Assembly: GCA_016839555.1 (NCBI GenBank)
Contig: JAEOUA010000006.1
Span: 1-64,000 of the forward strand
Direction: 5' to 3'
Source: Promethearchaeota archaeon
Lineage (GTDB): Archaea; Asgardarchaeota; Lokiarchaeia; Sigyniarchaeales; SOKP01
Length of the DNA stretch: 64,000 nucleotides
This document shows positions 19,268 through 28,756 of this stretch, piece by piece. A program made the translations under genes and the position numbers. Position 1 is the stretch's first letter. Each line of letters starts with the position of its first letter. The notes beneath the pieces were generated by a model. It saw only the letters and a program-made list of their open reading frames with translations. It was not told the origin of the DNA and did not search any database.

Positions 19268-21763
19268 ATGATTTGTATGGAAAATATTATTCCAAAAAAT
19301 TATAAGATTATCTTACATCTTGATGCTGCAAAAGATACCTTTAAAGGTAAAACCGTAATCTCTTTAATTAGTAGTGAAGAAACCGAGGAAATTATCCTAA
19401 ATAGTGATGACCTCGAGATTAAAACTTGTCATCTTTTAAAAGAAAAGGAACAAATTCCATGCAAATTTGAAGTGAATCAAGAAGAAAAAGAGATCAATAT
19501 CATATTACCAGAAGAATTAAAAGATGATATTACTTTACATTTGGAATATGAAGGGAAATTTCACTCTGACTTATTAGGGATGTATAAGAGTAAATATGAA
19601 TACAAAGAAGAAGAGGCCTATATTATATCAACGCAGTTTGAGGAAATTTATGCCAGAAGGGTATTTCCCTGCATAGATCATCCTTCTAAAAAAGCTACAT
19701 TTAAAATAGAGTTGATTATTAATCAGGATATAAAGGCGATTTCAAATACTAAAATTGAGGAGGAAAAGTCCCTTAATAACTTTAAAAAATTAGTGGTTTT
19801 TAAAGTAACACCAAAAATGTGCACATATTTACTTTATATTGGTGTGGGTAATTTTGAGATTAGAGAACAAAAGGGAGACCATTTAGTGAGATTAATTACA
19901 ACCCCTGGTAAAACTCAATATGGAAATTTAGCATTAGATATCGCAGAAAAATCCTTAAAATTTTGTGAAACATATACCGAGCAAAAATATCCTTTAGAAA
20001 AATGTGATCTTATTGCCGTTCCAGACTTTCCGTTTGGAGCAATGGAAAATTGGGGTGCAATTACCTTTCGAGAGAACATGTTATTAGTATATCCAGAAAA
20101 AACCTCTAAAATCGGGATTTTTAATATTGCGAGCGTAGTTGCTCATGAAATTAGTCATTTTTGGTTTGGAAATCTGGTGAGTCCTCTTGATTGGAAATAT
20201 ATTTGGCTAAACGAATCATTCGCATCGTATTTTACTTATGCAATTCCTCAAAAATATCATCCAGAATGGCATTCATGGGAGCATTTCATCGTACAATATT
20301 ATGATTCTTCATTAGAACGAGATGGATTAATTAATACTTTTCCAGTAGAATTGGAAGGCGAAGAAGAGATATTTATAACACCTGCGAAGGTGGGGATTTT
20401 ATACAATAAAGGAGCAACTATATTGCGAATGCTGGTTGATTATTTGGGAGATGAGAACTTTAAAAACGGTGTGAGCAACTTTATGCATAAATTTGAGTAT
20501 TCTAATGCAAATAGTCAAAATTATTGGAGTGCGCTTGATGAAGGTACCGGAAAACCAATTAAGAATTTTGCTGACAGCTGGATTCATCAATCAGGATATC
20601 CTCTGGTGACTGTAAAGCAAAAGAATTCCACGTTTACTTTTGAGCAATCACATTTTACCTACCTCCCTCAAACACAAAAAGAAGATAGAAAAATTTGGTT
20701 TATACCTATAAAATTGAAAGTATATAAAAAAAATGGAGATTTTGAAGAGTTTAATTTTACATTTACGAAAAATTCATACAAACTTTCATTTCCCGATGAA
20801 ACTGATGTTATAAAGGTAAATGTTGGGCAAACTGGGTTTTATAGAGTCCAATATGAGAATTCTATGCTTGAACAGTTGGGAGAACTCATTAAAAAAAAAG
20901 GATTAAGCCCTATTGATAGATATGGAATAGAAAACGATCTTTTTTCCTTAGTAAAAAGAGGCTCACTTGATTTAGATTATTATTTAGATTATTTAAACTC
21001 CTATTATTTAGAGGAAAGAGAGTATTTACCCTTATTAAGTATTTTTTCTCATTTATTATATATTTTTACCATTAATGAGTCGCAAGAATCAAAAATCAAA
21101 AAAATAGGAGAGTATATTATTACTCATTTTTTTGAAAGATATGGTTTTGCAGTACAAAAAGATGAGGAAATGAGAATTACTATTTTAAAAAATTTTCTAT
21201 TATTCTCGGGAGCTTTATTTAAGATAAATCCTATTACAGATTTTTGCTTAGAACAATTTGAAACTCTCTTAAATGGTAAGAAAGTCTCTCCTGATATTTT
21301 ATCTAGTGTCTTAAAAGTCGCTTCGATGAAGCATCAAAATGCGATAGGATATTTTCTCAAAAGGATAAAATCGTCAGAGACTCCGGAAGTGGAAAAAACC
21401 TATATTTATGAGGCATTAGGATGTTTTCAAGAAAAAATTCAAATTTTAGAGGCTTTAGATATCGCTTTAAAAGAAGTACCTCCTCAATCTTGGCTCTATA
21501 CTTTCCGCAGATTAGGATCTAATAAAGCAGCTCTGAATTTGATATGGCCATGGTTTAAAGATAATTTAAATATATTTGAAAAAACAAGTCCATTTGTATT
21601 AGCCAGAACAATAGCAACCTTAATATCGCTCGGAGGATTGAATAATAAGAAGGAAGTTGAAAAATTTTTAAGAGAATATGCTGAAAAAAATGAATTTCAT
21701 AAAGATACAATCGATATGACTCTTGAAAAATTAGAGATTAATTCTAGGTTCGCTAAATTCTAA
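19268..21763 (+). CDS. M1 family aminopeptidase (tricorn-interacting factor F2/F3-like)
   Basis: TQFE..ARRVFPC, GAMENWG, HEISH-18x-E, YNKG, ERAP1-like C-terminus. Confidence 0.95.
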   Translation: MICMENIIPKNYKIILHLDAAKDTFKGKTVISLISSEETEEIILNSDDLEIKTCHLLKEKEQIPCKFEVNQEEKEINIILPEELKDDITLHLEYEGKFHSDLLGMYKSKYEYKEEEAYIISTQFEEIYARRVFPCIDHPSKKATFKIELIINQDIKAISNTKIEEEKSLNNFKKLVVFKVTPKMCTYLLYIGVGNFEIREQKGDHLVRLITTPGKTQYGNLALDIAEKSLKFCETYTEQKYPLEKCDLIAVPDFPFGAMENWGAITFRENMLLVYPEKTSKIGIFNIASVVAHEISHFWFGNLVSPLDWKYIWLNESFASYFTYAIPQKYHPEWHSWEHFIVQYYDSSLERDGLINTFPVELEGEEEIFITPAKVGILYNKGATILRMLVDYLGDENFKNGVSNFMHKFEYSNANSQNYWSALDEGTGKPIKNFADSWIHQSGYPLVTVKQKNSTFTFEQSHFTYLPQTQKEDRKIWFIPIKLKVYKKNGDFEEFNFTFTKNSYKLSFPDETDVIKVNVGQTGFYRVQYENSMLEQLGELIKKKGLSPIDRYGIENDLFSLVKRGSLDLDYYLDYLNSYYLEEREYLPLLSIFSHLLYIFTINESQESKIKKIGEYIITHFFERYGFAVQKDEEMRITILKNFLLFSGALFKINPITDFCLEQFETLLNGKKVSPDILSSVLKVASMKHQNAIGYFLKRIKSSETPEVEKTYIYEALGCFQEKIQILEALDIALKEVPPQSWLYTFRRLGSNKAALNLIWPWFKDNLNIFEKTSPFVLARTIATLISLGGLNNKKEVEKFLREYAEKNEFHKDTIDMTLEKLEINSRFAKF

Positions 21764-21804
21764 TTCAATAAATAAAAAAAAATGGGAATTAATAGATATT
21801 TTAT

Positions 21805-22059
21805 CTATTTCTTTCCTTCTTTTCCATAAATACAGAAGTATCCGCCTTTTAAATCATAGTTTTTAAAAACACCACAATTAAAGCAATTACATCCGCTCTC
21901 TTTAATCTCTTTTTTAGGTTTTACTGAGGCTCCTCGAGCGCAAAAAAGCATATGGGGTTCTACTTCATTTAATTTATTTGGCTTAAATGTTGGGCAAGGT
22001 CCACAAAATTTTTTGCATATTTCCATATTCTTTTTATTATCATCCACTTTTTTTGGCAT
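21805..22059 (-). CDS. DUF2769-like small Cys-rich protein
   Basis: C..FCGPCPTF..LFCARG..GCNCFNCGV..Y.L..GYFC. Confidence 0.75.
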   Translation of the reverse strand: MPKKVDDNKKNMEICKKFCGPCPTFKPNKLNEVEPHMLFCARGASVKPKKEIKESGCNCFNCGVFKNYDLKGGYFCIYGKEGKK

Positions 22060-22194
22060 ATAGTTCTTCACTTCAGATGAATTTATGCTATTTTTAATAG
22101 AACTTTACTCTTTTATAAACCTAATTGTAATAAAATATCAATAATAGCATCCCATTAAAAAGGAAAAAAAAATAAAAATGAACTTATTTAATCT

Positions 22195-23553
22195 TTAAGC
22201 TAAAAATACCTCTTTTTCTCCCGCTAAAAGATGATCCAATTCATAATCTTTTATATCTATACGTCGAAACAATAAATAACTCAATAAAAGACATAAAGCA
22301 CAAAATGCAGACACAAGTAAATAAATTACTCCGAAGTTCGAAGTGAATAGTACCGCAATTGATATTATACCTCCACCTAAAATACTCCCGATATTTTGGC
22401 CTAAATTTGATAAACTTACAAGAAACGCAAAATATGTGCTTTTCAGATTAGGATATTCATGTCTTGAAAGATCTGCCCTTATAGTCTGATTGGATACGAC
22501 TAATGCTCCTTGTAGACCCCCAAAGAGAAATAGAAATACTAAGCCAATAAGTAATGCCGGTAAAAATCCTCTAAGAAAGATGAACGGAATTATACTTATT
22601 AAGATAAACGGTATATAAGAGAGAAAAAACAATGAAGCCGCTTTTCTCCGACTCTTATCGGCAAGTTTTCCCGCTATAACAGAAAAGACAAGTGTACCAA
22701 TACCATTTAATAAATAAAAGACCGAATTCCATGCTTGATACCCTACTGGAGTTGTACCACCCGCGAGAGAAACTAATGTTTGGTCCACATTAACGACTCC
22801 CATTGGTATAAGGACTACATATTTGAAGTATTCTAAAATTAAAAGTGCTTGAATCCCCGCTAGAAAAGTATAGAGAATAATTTTCCAATTCTTTTTCGTG
22901 GTAAACATAGAACGTAATGGGGGACCTTTTATCTCTGTTCCAGGTTCCCCTCTAGAGGGTTCTTTTATGAAATAAGGTAAGATGCACGATAGAATCATTA
23001 AGATTCCCGTCAGAATGAATAATATTGGCATTATATCAAGCGCAAGGAAAATTAGCCCAAGAATCATTCCTCCCGCACCCATTCCAACAAGTAGCATTGC
23101 CCATGTATAGCCTTGAATTCTCGCAAGATGATCTTTTGGAACAACATCTAATATTAGTCCATCTAAAGCAGTGTCTGCGAATGCCATTCCCATCATTATA
23201 AAAAAGATGTAGATGGTAAGGAAAATATAGATTGATTCGTCTGTAGGAAGATATATCGATAAAAGAAACCACCATATTGCTCCAAAAATTCCAAAACTTA
23301 TAATCCATGGAAATCTCCTACCATAAAATTTATTACCACCACGATCATTGAAAATACCCACAATTAATTTAAAGGTCCACGGAATATTACTGATTCCCCA
23401 TATAATTAACCAGATATTGAGATCATATCCACCTAAAATTTTAGTTAAATAGGGTTGAAATACTAAGTAGGGTATACCTTGTACAAATCCTTCGATAAAA
23501 TAAAAGATAATGAAAATATAGGAGTAATATTTTTTGTATTCTATTTGTTCCAT
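22195..23553 (-). CDS. MFS transporter (AmpG/BT1-like)
   Basis: YFIEGFVQG, PWTFK..G..ND..GRRFPWI, ADTALDGL; about 12 TMs. Confidence 0.88.
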   Translation of the reverse strand: MEQIEYKKYYSYIFIIFYFIEGFVQGIPYLVFQPYLTKILGGYDLNIWLIIWGISNIPWTFKLIVGIFNDRGGNKFYGRRFPWIISFGIFGAIWWFLLSIYLPTDESIYIFLTIYIFFIMMGMAFADTALDGLILDVVPKDHLARIQGYTWAMLLVGMGAGGMILGLIFLALDIMPILFILTGILMILSCILPYFIKEPSRGEPGTEIKGPPLRSMFTTKKNWKIILYTFLAGIQALLILEYFKYVVLIPMGVVNVDQTLVSLAGGTTPVGYQAWNSVFYLLNGIGTLVFSVIAGKLADKSRRKAASLFFLSYIPFILISIIPFIFLRGFLPALLIGLVFLFLFGGLQGALVVSNQTIRADLSRHEYPNLKSTYFAFLVSLSNLGQNIGSILGGGIISIAVLFTSNFGVIYLLVSAFCALCLLLSYLLFRRIDIKDYELDHLLAGEKEVFLA

Positions 23554-23598
23554 ATAGATAGATTTGCCTTATTTATATTTTAATCTTGTGAATTAAGC
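23548..23598. repeat. 51-bp direct repeat, copy A (MFS start codon plus upstream promoter region)
   Basis: ttccatatagatagatttgccttatttatattttaatcttgtgaattaagc; 48/51 identical to 24895-24945. Confidence 0.9.
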
Positions 23599-23686
23599 CA
23601 ATAATTTTTTTTCTTCTGAAATAAGATTCATATTTTATATGCTATTGCTTTAAATTAAAAAAGCATCTATTTTATTGAAAAAAAGA

Positions 23687-24028
23687 ATTCCTTTATAACA
23701 TGGTTGCAAACAAGTTTCGGGTGAAAATGGCGGTCCTGGAGGATTATTTCATTGTTTACGTGTAATTCCTCCAATTCTTGATATCTGTGAAGATATTCAA
23801 AAAATATGTCCAAATGCATTATTTCTCAATTATTCCAATCCTTTAACAAGGATTTATTTTGCTATTAAGCGCAATTTTCCTGATCTTAAATGTATAGGAT
23901 TTTGTCACGAATTTTATCATTTCAGGCTAATGTTATCTAGAATTCTAAACACATCAGAAAAGAATAAATTTAAAAAGATGAACACAATTTGGTATTATAA
24001 TAAAATATTCAATAGAAGGTTATTATGA
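23687..24028 (+). pseudogene. internal fragment of a GH4 (NAD-dependent alpha-galactosidase/glucosidase) gene
   Basis: Not in the ORF track. [62 protein letters not shown] carries the GH4 GPGG, NYSNP and GxCH motifs; no N-terminus, in-frame TAA at 23696. Confidence 0.85.
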
Positions 24029-24762
24029 CATTACAAGCAATAGATTATGTAAATGGAATTACAAGTATAATTTATATTATGATAAATGCCATCATTGGAT
24101 TAAGAATTGTCTCAAAATATTTTAAATTAGAAGATAAGAACTTCATATATATCGGACTTGCAATAATTGGGATTGGTGAGCCTTGGTTTCCTAGTGGAAT
24201 AAGTTTTCTCTCGAATTTAATAACAGGAAAAGGACTATCCTTGGAGGTCTATGTTACGATTGGATTTATTTTTATTCCTATAATTGTTTTATTCTGGTTA
24301 ATTGGCATTACCAACTTAATTAATCCGCAGAAAACCAAATTGGTAAGTATTATATATATTATTATTGGTGTGTTGGTTGAAATTATCTTTTTTACATTTT
24401 TAATTATCAATCCCACTTTAATAGGAACATTTAGTGCAGAGAGTGCACTAGTTCACATAGATATTGAATATAAAACTTTTATTCTTGGATATCTTTTATT
24501 CGTAGTAGCCAATGTTTTAATATCTATTATTATATTCAGTCGGAAATCTTTAAAATCTACAGTGCCCGAAATAAGATTAAAAGCTAAATTCATTTTATCT
24601 GCATTATTATTGTGGACTATAGGTGCTCTTTTAGATACAGCTATTCCACTAAATCTGATCTCATTACCAATTACAAGAATTTTATTAGTAATTGCTGCGT
24701 TTTTAAATTATATTGGATTTATTATGCCCCAAGGAATTAAAAAATTAATTTTAAAAGAATAG
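24025..24762 (+). CDS. 7-TM membrane protein of unknown function
   Basis: Seven hydrophobic segments; EIRLKAKF before TM6; YIGFIMP..KK at the end. Confidence 0.75.
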   Translation: MTLQAIDYVNGITSIIYIMINAIIGLRIVSKYFKLEDKNFIYIGLAIIGIGEPWFPSGISFLSNLITGKGLSLEVYVTIGFIFIPIIVLFWLIGITNLINPQKTKLVSIIYIIIGVLVEIIFFTFLIINPTLIGTFSAESALVHIDIEYKTFILGYLLFVVANVLISIIIFSRKSLKSTVPEIRLKAKFILSALLLWTIGALLDTAIPLNLISLPITRILLVIAAFLNYIGFIMPQGIKKLILKE

Positions 24763-24894
24763 AATTTAAAATATTATTTTTTCTTTTTTTAATATTTTCT
24801 TCTCTTTTAGCTTGAAAAGGAGTATTAATATAATCATGACCTTCATAGGTTCCAACTTCTCTATAATTATACTTCTTTGAAAAAACTGATTAAT

Positions 24895-24945
24895 TTCCAT
24901 ATAAATAGATTTACCTTAGTTATATTTTAATCTTGTGAATTAAGC
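24895..24945. repeat. 51-bp direct repeat, copy B (just downstream of pmbA)
   Basis: ttccatataaatagatttaccttagttatattttaatcttgtgaattaagc. Confidence 0.9.
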
Positions 24946-24962
24946 AAAAATTTCTATAAATG

Positions 24963-26345
24963 TTATTTAGTACCCGTGGTCATTTTTACATCCTCAATGA
25001 GCATAAAAGGAGCATATACAGTACTATTACTTGGATTTAACCAGGTGGTGACTTGCTTATTCTCCTTCCCAAGCGCCAGCAAATTTTTTATCATATGAAA
25101 GTGGTCTGAATTAATCCGTAATTCTCTAATCGGTTCGAGAATCTTGCCGCGTTTTTTAATCAGAAACATTCCATCCTTCGGAAGAGAGGAAAATACTCCT
25201 GGTGGAGCGAAGCTCTGGTAGCGAGTGTACCATGTTGAGCTGATTAACAAGGTGGGTTTTTCCGAGATTTCCATCAATTCTTCAAGTGAGCAATCTCCCG
25301 GCTTAAAAACAATATTTGTGGGAGTCGGAATTGTTATTCCTGCGTTACCAGTTGAATTTTCATCCCGCTTAGAGAGGGAAGTATTTGTGAAAAATTGATT
25401 AATTACTCCTTCATTAATTAGGAGTGTTTTTTTACTTGAAGCACCTTCATCATCAAAAGGGCGAGTTGCTAAACCATATTCTTTGGTCCCATCATCCCAA
25501 ATCGTAATATTCTCATTACCAATTTTATCTCCTTTCTTTCTCCCAGCTAACCATGATAAGCCCATTTTTCTGATATATTCATTCATGGCAAGTGCGGCGG
25601 TAGGTGCTTGTATTTCGGTACTCACTTTAGGATATATAATGATATTATAAGTTCCAGGCTTTCCCTTTTTCCCTCCAATTGCCTGATGGCATATTCTCCC
25701 TGCCTCTTCTCCAGCTGCGATGGGATCAAATCCCTTATTTAAATGTGTTGAAATTGTTAAGCCCTCTCCCGTTGCATACATATCTTCTGCGAATGCTCTT
25801 ATTCTAAAATTGAGATTAGATTTTTGATATTCTCCAGTTATTCTTTCGCTCGTTTCTAAAAAAAGTGATGATACCCCAAAAAAGAATGATCCGGCAACCC
25901 GTTTGGCTCCTTGTGCGAGACAAGCCTCGGTTGCTTTTTCCACATACTTCACCGCGTCATTATTTAGTTCTCCAACCTTTTCATCAAAAATTGATTTGTT
26001 TATCTTATGATTATAATTGAGGGGACCATGTGGTAAGTTCCTATAAAAGCGGTTTTTTTCTGCAGATTTTAATAATTTCTCACAGTTGGTAAGTGTATCA
26101 TCAATCGAGCTTAATCGCAAATCGTATAAGGTCATTTCTATGGTACGCCTTTTTTCCGACATAAATAGATCTATTTTAATATCCTTCCAATTTTTTTTGA
26201 TATCTATCTGATTTTCAGAAAATCTTATCTGATTTTCATCGTTAATGATTCCTTTAATTACCCAATCTTGGCAAATAGGCTCAATTTTCTTTTTAATATG
26301 GGATGAAATCTCATCTAATGTCTCAACTTTCTTAGATGTGTTCAT
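24963..26345 (-). CDS. pmbA: PmbA/TldE family protein
   Basis: QIRFSENQI, RPFDDEGA, LINEG, STGNAG, TWYTRYQ; abuts tldD. Confidence 0.88.
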   Translation of the reverse strand: MNTSKKVETLDEISSHIKKKIEPICQDWVIKGIINDENQIRFSENQIDIKKNWKDIKIDLFMSEKRRTIEMTLYDLRLSSIDDTLTNCEKLLKSAEKNRFYRNLPHGPLNYNHKINKSIFDEKVGELNNDAVKYVEKATEACLAQGAKRVAGSFFFGVSSLFLETSERITGEYQKSNLNFRIRAFAEDMYATGEGLTISTHLNKGFDPIAAGEEAGRICHQAIGGKKGKPGTYNIIIYPKVSTEIQAPTAALAMNEYIRKMGLSWLAGRKKGDKIGNENITIWDDGTKEYGLATRPFDDEGASSKKTLLINEGVINQFFTNTSLSKRDENSTGNAGITIPTPTNIVFKPGDCSLEELMEISEKPTLLISSTWYTRYQSFAPPGVFSSLPKDGMFLIKKRGKILEPIRELRINSDHFHMIKNLLALGKENKQVTTWLNPSNSTVYAPFMLIEDVKMTTGTK

Positions 26346-27812
26346 TTACTCCCCTCCCGCTAATTTTATATTACGGAGTCGTATATTTGGTCCACCGGTC
26401 CAGACAGGGATTCCTTGTCCCGGTTCTGATTTACCGCAGAATGCCCCCTGCCATTCCAAAGAGTTCATATCTCCTTGAGCATCAATACTATTGAATAGCC
26501 CAACAGAAGAAATCTCGAGTGTTGGTTTCGAAACTAAACCCTTTATTTCTCCATTCTCAATTAAATAGGCTTCCTGTCCAACATATTTGGCTTCTAATCG
26601 TTTATCGTCAATATTCCATTCCGTAAATGATTTCATATAGATCCCTAATTTTATATCTTCAATCATTTCATCAAAAGAAAAGTCTCCTGGAGCGAAATAT
26701 GTATTTGCCATTCGAATTATAGGCTCTCTCTGATATGATGTGGCTCTAGCGGCTCCATTGCTGTTTGTATTGAGTATAGCTGCTGTTTCTCTATTATGGA
26801 GCATCTCATTAAATATGCCATCTTTGATTAGTTCTCTTTTCCGCGCTTTTATTCCTTCGTCATCAAATAGATAGAAACCATAAGAACCCTCAATTGTAGG
26901 GTCATCATACACATTCACACAGTCATTTCCTATTTTAAATCCGAGTTCATGTTCTCTTAGATAGGATTCTCCTGCTTGAGCACCCTCACGACCCAGAATT
27001 CGATCTGCTTCATGGGGATGACCGCAATTTTCGTGAGAAACTATCCCTGATACTTCTGGCCCCAATATTATATCTAATTCTTCTTGTGGTGGCTTTTTAG
27101 CTTTAGTCACAATATCTGACAAAATAGCAACATTCTCTCTCACTTTTTTTACTAATTCCCACGATAATAATTCATCCCAACCCGCCGATGTCGCATAAGT
27201 CTTCATCATTTGCTCATTTTTTCCTCCCGAGACAATTCCAATTATTACAGGAATAAAAGCCACACGTGGAACATAACTGGAAATTCTTGCTCCCTCATTA
27301 TTAATGAAATAATTATTTCTCTCTTCAGTAATCAGCACAAAAATGTGAAAAAATTGAATTGGAAAGGGATAATCAAAAATGGCAATAAAATCTTTTAAAA
27401 AATTAATACGTTCTTCTAATGAAATGTCAATTGGATTTACTTTATAATTACTTGACCATTTTATTTCATAACTTTTTTCTGAACTCATCTTAATGGGTTT
27501 TTTTCGCTGACTAGCATTTCGCTGTGCTGCTTTATATGCATTATCTACCGCAGCTTTAATTGAACTTTTAGAAATAGTATTAGTAGAGCTCATTGCCATC
27601 CCTCCATCCACTAATATCCTAATATTCATCCCAAACATACGGGAAAAAGCGTCTGCGGTTAATTCTATGGGTAAATTCCCAATATGCAATTTTCCGTTTA
27701 AGAAAGACACGGTATCTCGATTATTCATCTCCATTCGTACTTCTGCATAATCAAGCGGTTGTTCTTGAGCATAGTTCAATGCATATTCGGCTAATTCTTT
27801 AAATTCTTCCAT
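26346..27812 (-). CDS. tldD: TldD family metalloprotease
   Basis: HENCGHPHEADR (HExxGH), DDPT..GFYLFDDEG, PIIRMANTY, CGKSEPGQGIPVWTGGP. Confidence 0.93.
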   Translation of the reverse strand: MEEFKELAEYALNYAQEQPLDYAEVRMEMNNRDTVSFLNGKLHIGNLPIELTADAFSRMFGMNIRILVDGGMAMSSTNTISKSSIKAAVDNAYKAAQRNASQRKKPIKMSSEKSYEIKWSSNYKVNPIDISLEERINFLKDFIAIFDYPFPIQFFHIFVLITEERNNYFINNEGARISSYVPRVAFIPVIIGIVSGGKNEQMMKTYATSAGWDELLSWELVKKVRENVAILSDIVTKAKKPPQEELDIILGPEVSGIVSHENCGHPHEADRILGREGAQAGESYLREHELGFKIGNDCVNVYDDPTIEGSYGFYLFDDEGIKARKRELIKDGIFNEMLHNRETAAILNTNSNGAARATSYQREPIIRMANTYFAPGDFSFDEMIEDIKLGIYMKSFTEWNIDDKRLEAKYVGQEAYLIENGEIKGLVSKPTLEISSVGLFNSIDAQGDMNSLEWQGAFCGKSEPGQGIPVWTGGPNIRLRNIKLAGGE

Positions 27813-27902
27813 ATTTACTTATCAGTGGTTAGTGCTTATATACTTTTTTTTAAATCATTTAAATAAAACTTTTTTAGAAGAATTAAGATTTAATTAAGTG
27901 TT

Positions 27903-28706
27903 TTAGTTAGTTCTTTTTAATTCCAATTTAATCGCATCATTTGGACATTTAGAGATACATATCCCGCATCCAAAACAATTTTTCTCATCAAATCGTAATT
28001 TCCCATTTTCAAGATTTCGTGCATTGAAATAGCACCATTCAACACATTTTCCGCAATTTTGACAAAGATTTAAATCTGTATGGGCAATAAAATCACTTTT
28101 TATTACTTTAGGTAAGCTTTCATTAAGAAAGTTGTTTAACACCACACAGCAGCATGGGCAGCAGTTACATATAACATAATAGAAATCTGGAGTTGGAAAA
28201 TATATTAATTGATGTACCAATCCTCTCTTGTCGCATTCTTCTAGCAAGTCTATTACTTCTTGCTTCGTTATGTTTTTAAATTTAATAGTCTTTCCAGCTA
28301 TCTCGTTTAAATCCTTTCCATAGCTTAAATGAATACATGTATAGAGAGGATGGTCACAATTAGGTTCATCATTTGCTCTCTGAACCGTTCTGCAATAGCA
28401 ATATGACACTTTCGCAACATTTGAACGACTTACAATTTCTAAAATTTCTTGAGTAGGAGCGAATTTGGTGCTCACATCTATATTTTTATTGAGAGGGATT
28501 ATACGACCACCCCATCTTCCCTTTAAAAAATGCTTATTTAAAAATTGCATCTCAGATATATTAAATTTGCGGGCGATTCTTCTTCCTAATTCTAAAATAG
28601 GTAATTCTAAAATACCAAAAAGAGAAGTGATTACTTTTCCCAAGAATGAAAATTTATTAAGAACTCTCTTAAAAATAGAATTGAACAAGGTGCGAAAGTC
28701 TCTCAT
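27903..28706 (-). CDS. 4Fe-4S ferredoxin-domain protein (CNCCxCCC family)
   Basis: CYCR, C..P..TC, GLVH, ICNCCPCCC and two C-terminal CxxCxxCxxxC motifs. Confidence 0.88.
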   Translation of the reverse strand: MRDFRTLFNSIFKRVLNKFSFLGKVITSLFGILELPILELGRRIARKFNISEMQFLNKHFLKGRWGGRIIPLNKNIDVSTKFAPTQEILEIVSRSNVAKVSYCYCRTVQRANDEPNCDHPLYTCIHLSYGKDLNEIAGKTIKFKNITKQEVIDLLEECDKRGLVHQLIYFPTPDFYYVICNCCPCCCVVLNNFLNESLPKVIKSDFIAHTDLNLCQNCGKCVEWCYFNARNLENGKLRFDEKNCFGCGICISKCPNDAIKLELKRTN

Positions 28707-28756
28707 AATTATAATTAAATTCTTAATTTCTGATAGAATAGAGTTATTAATAATAG

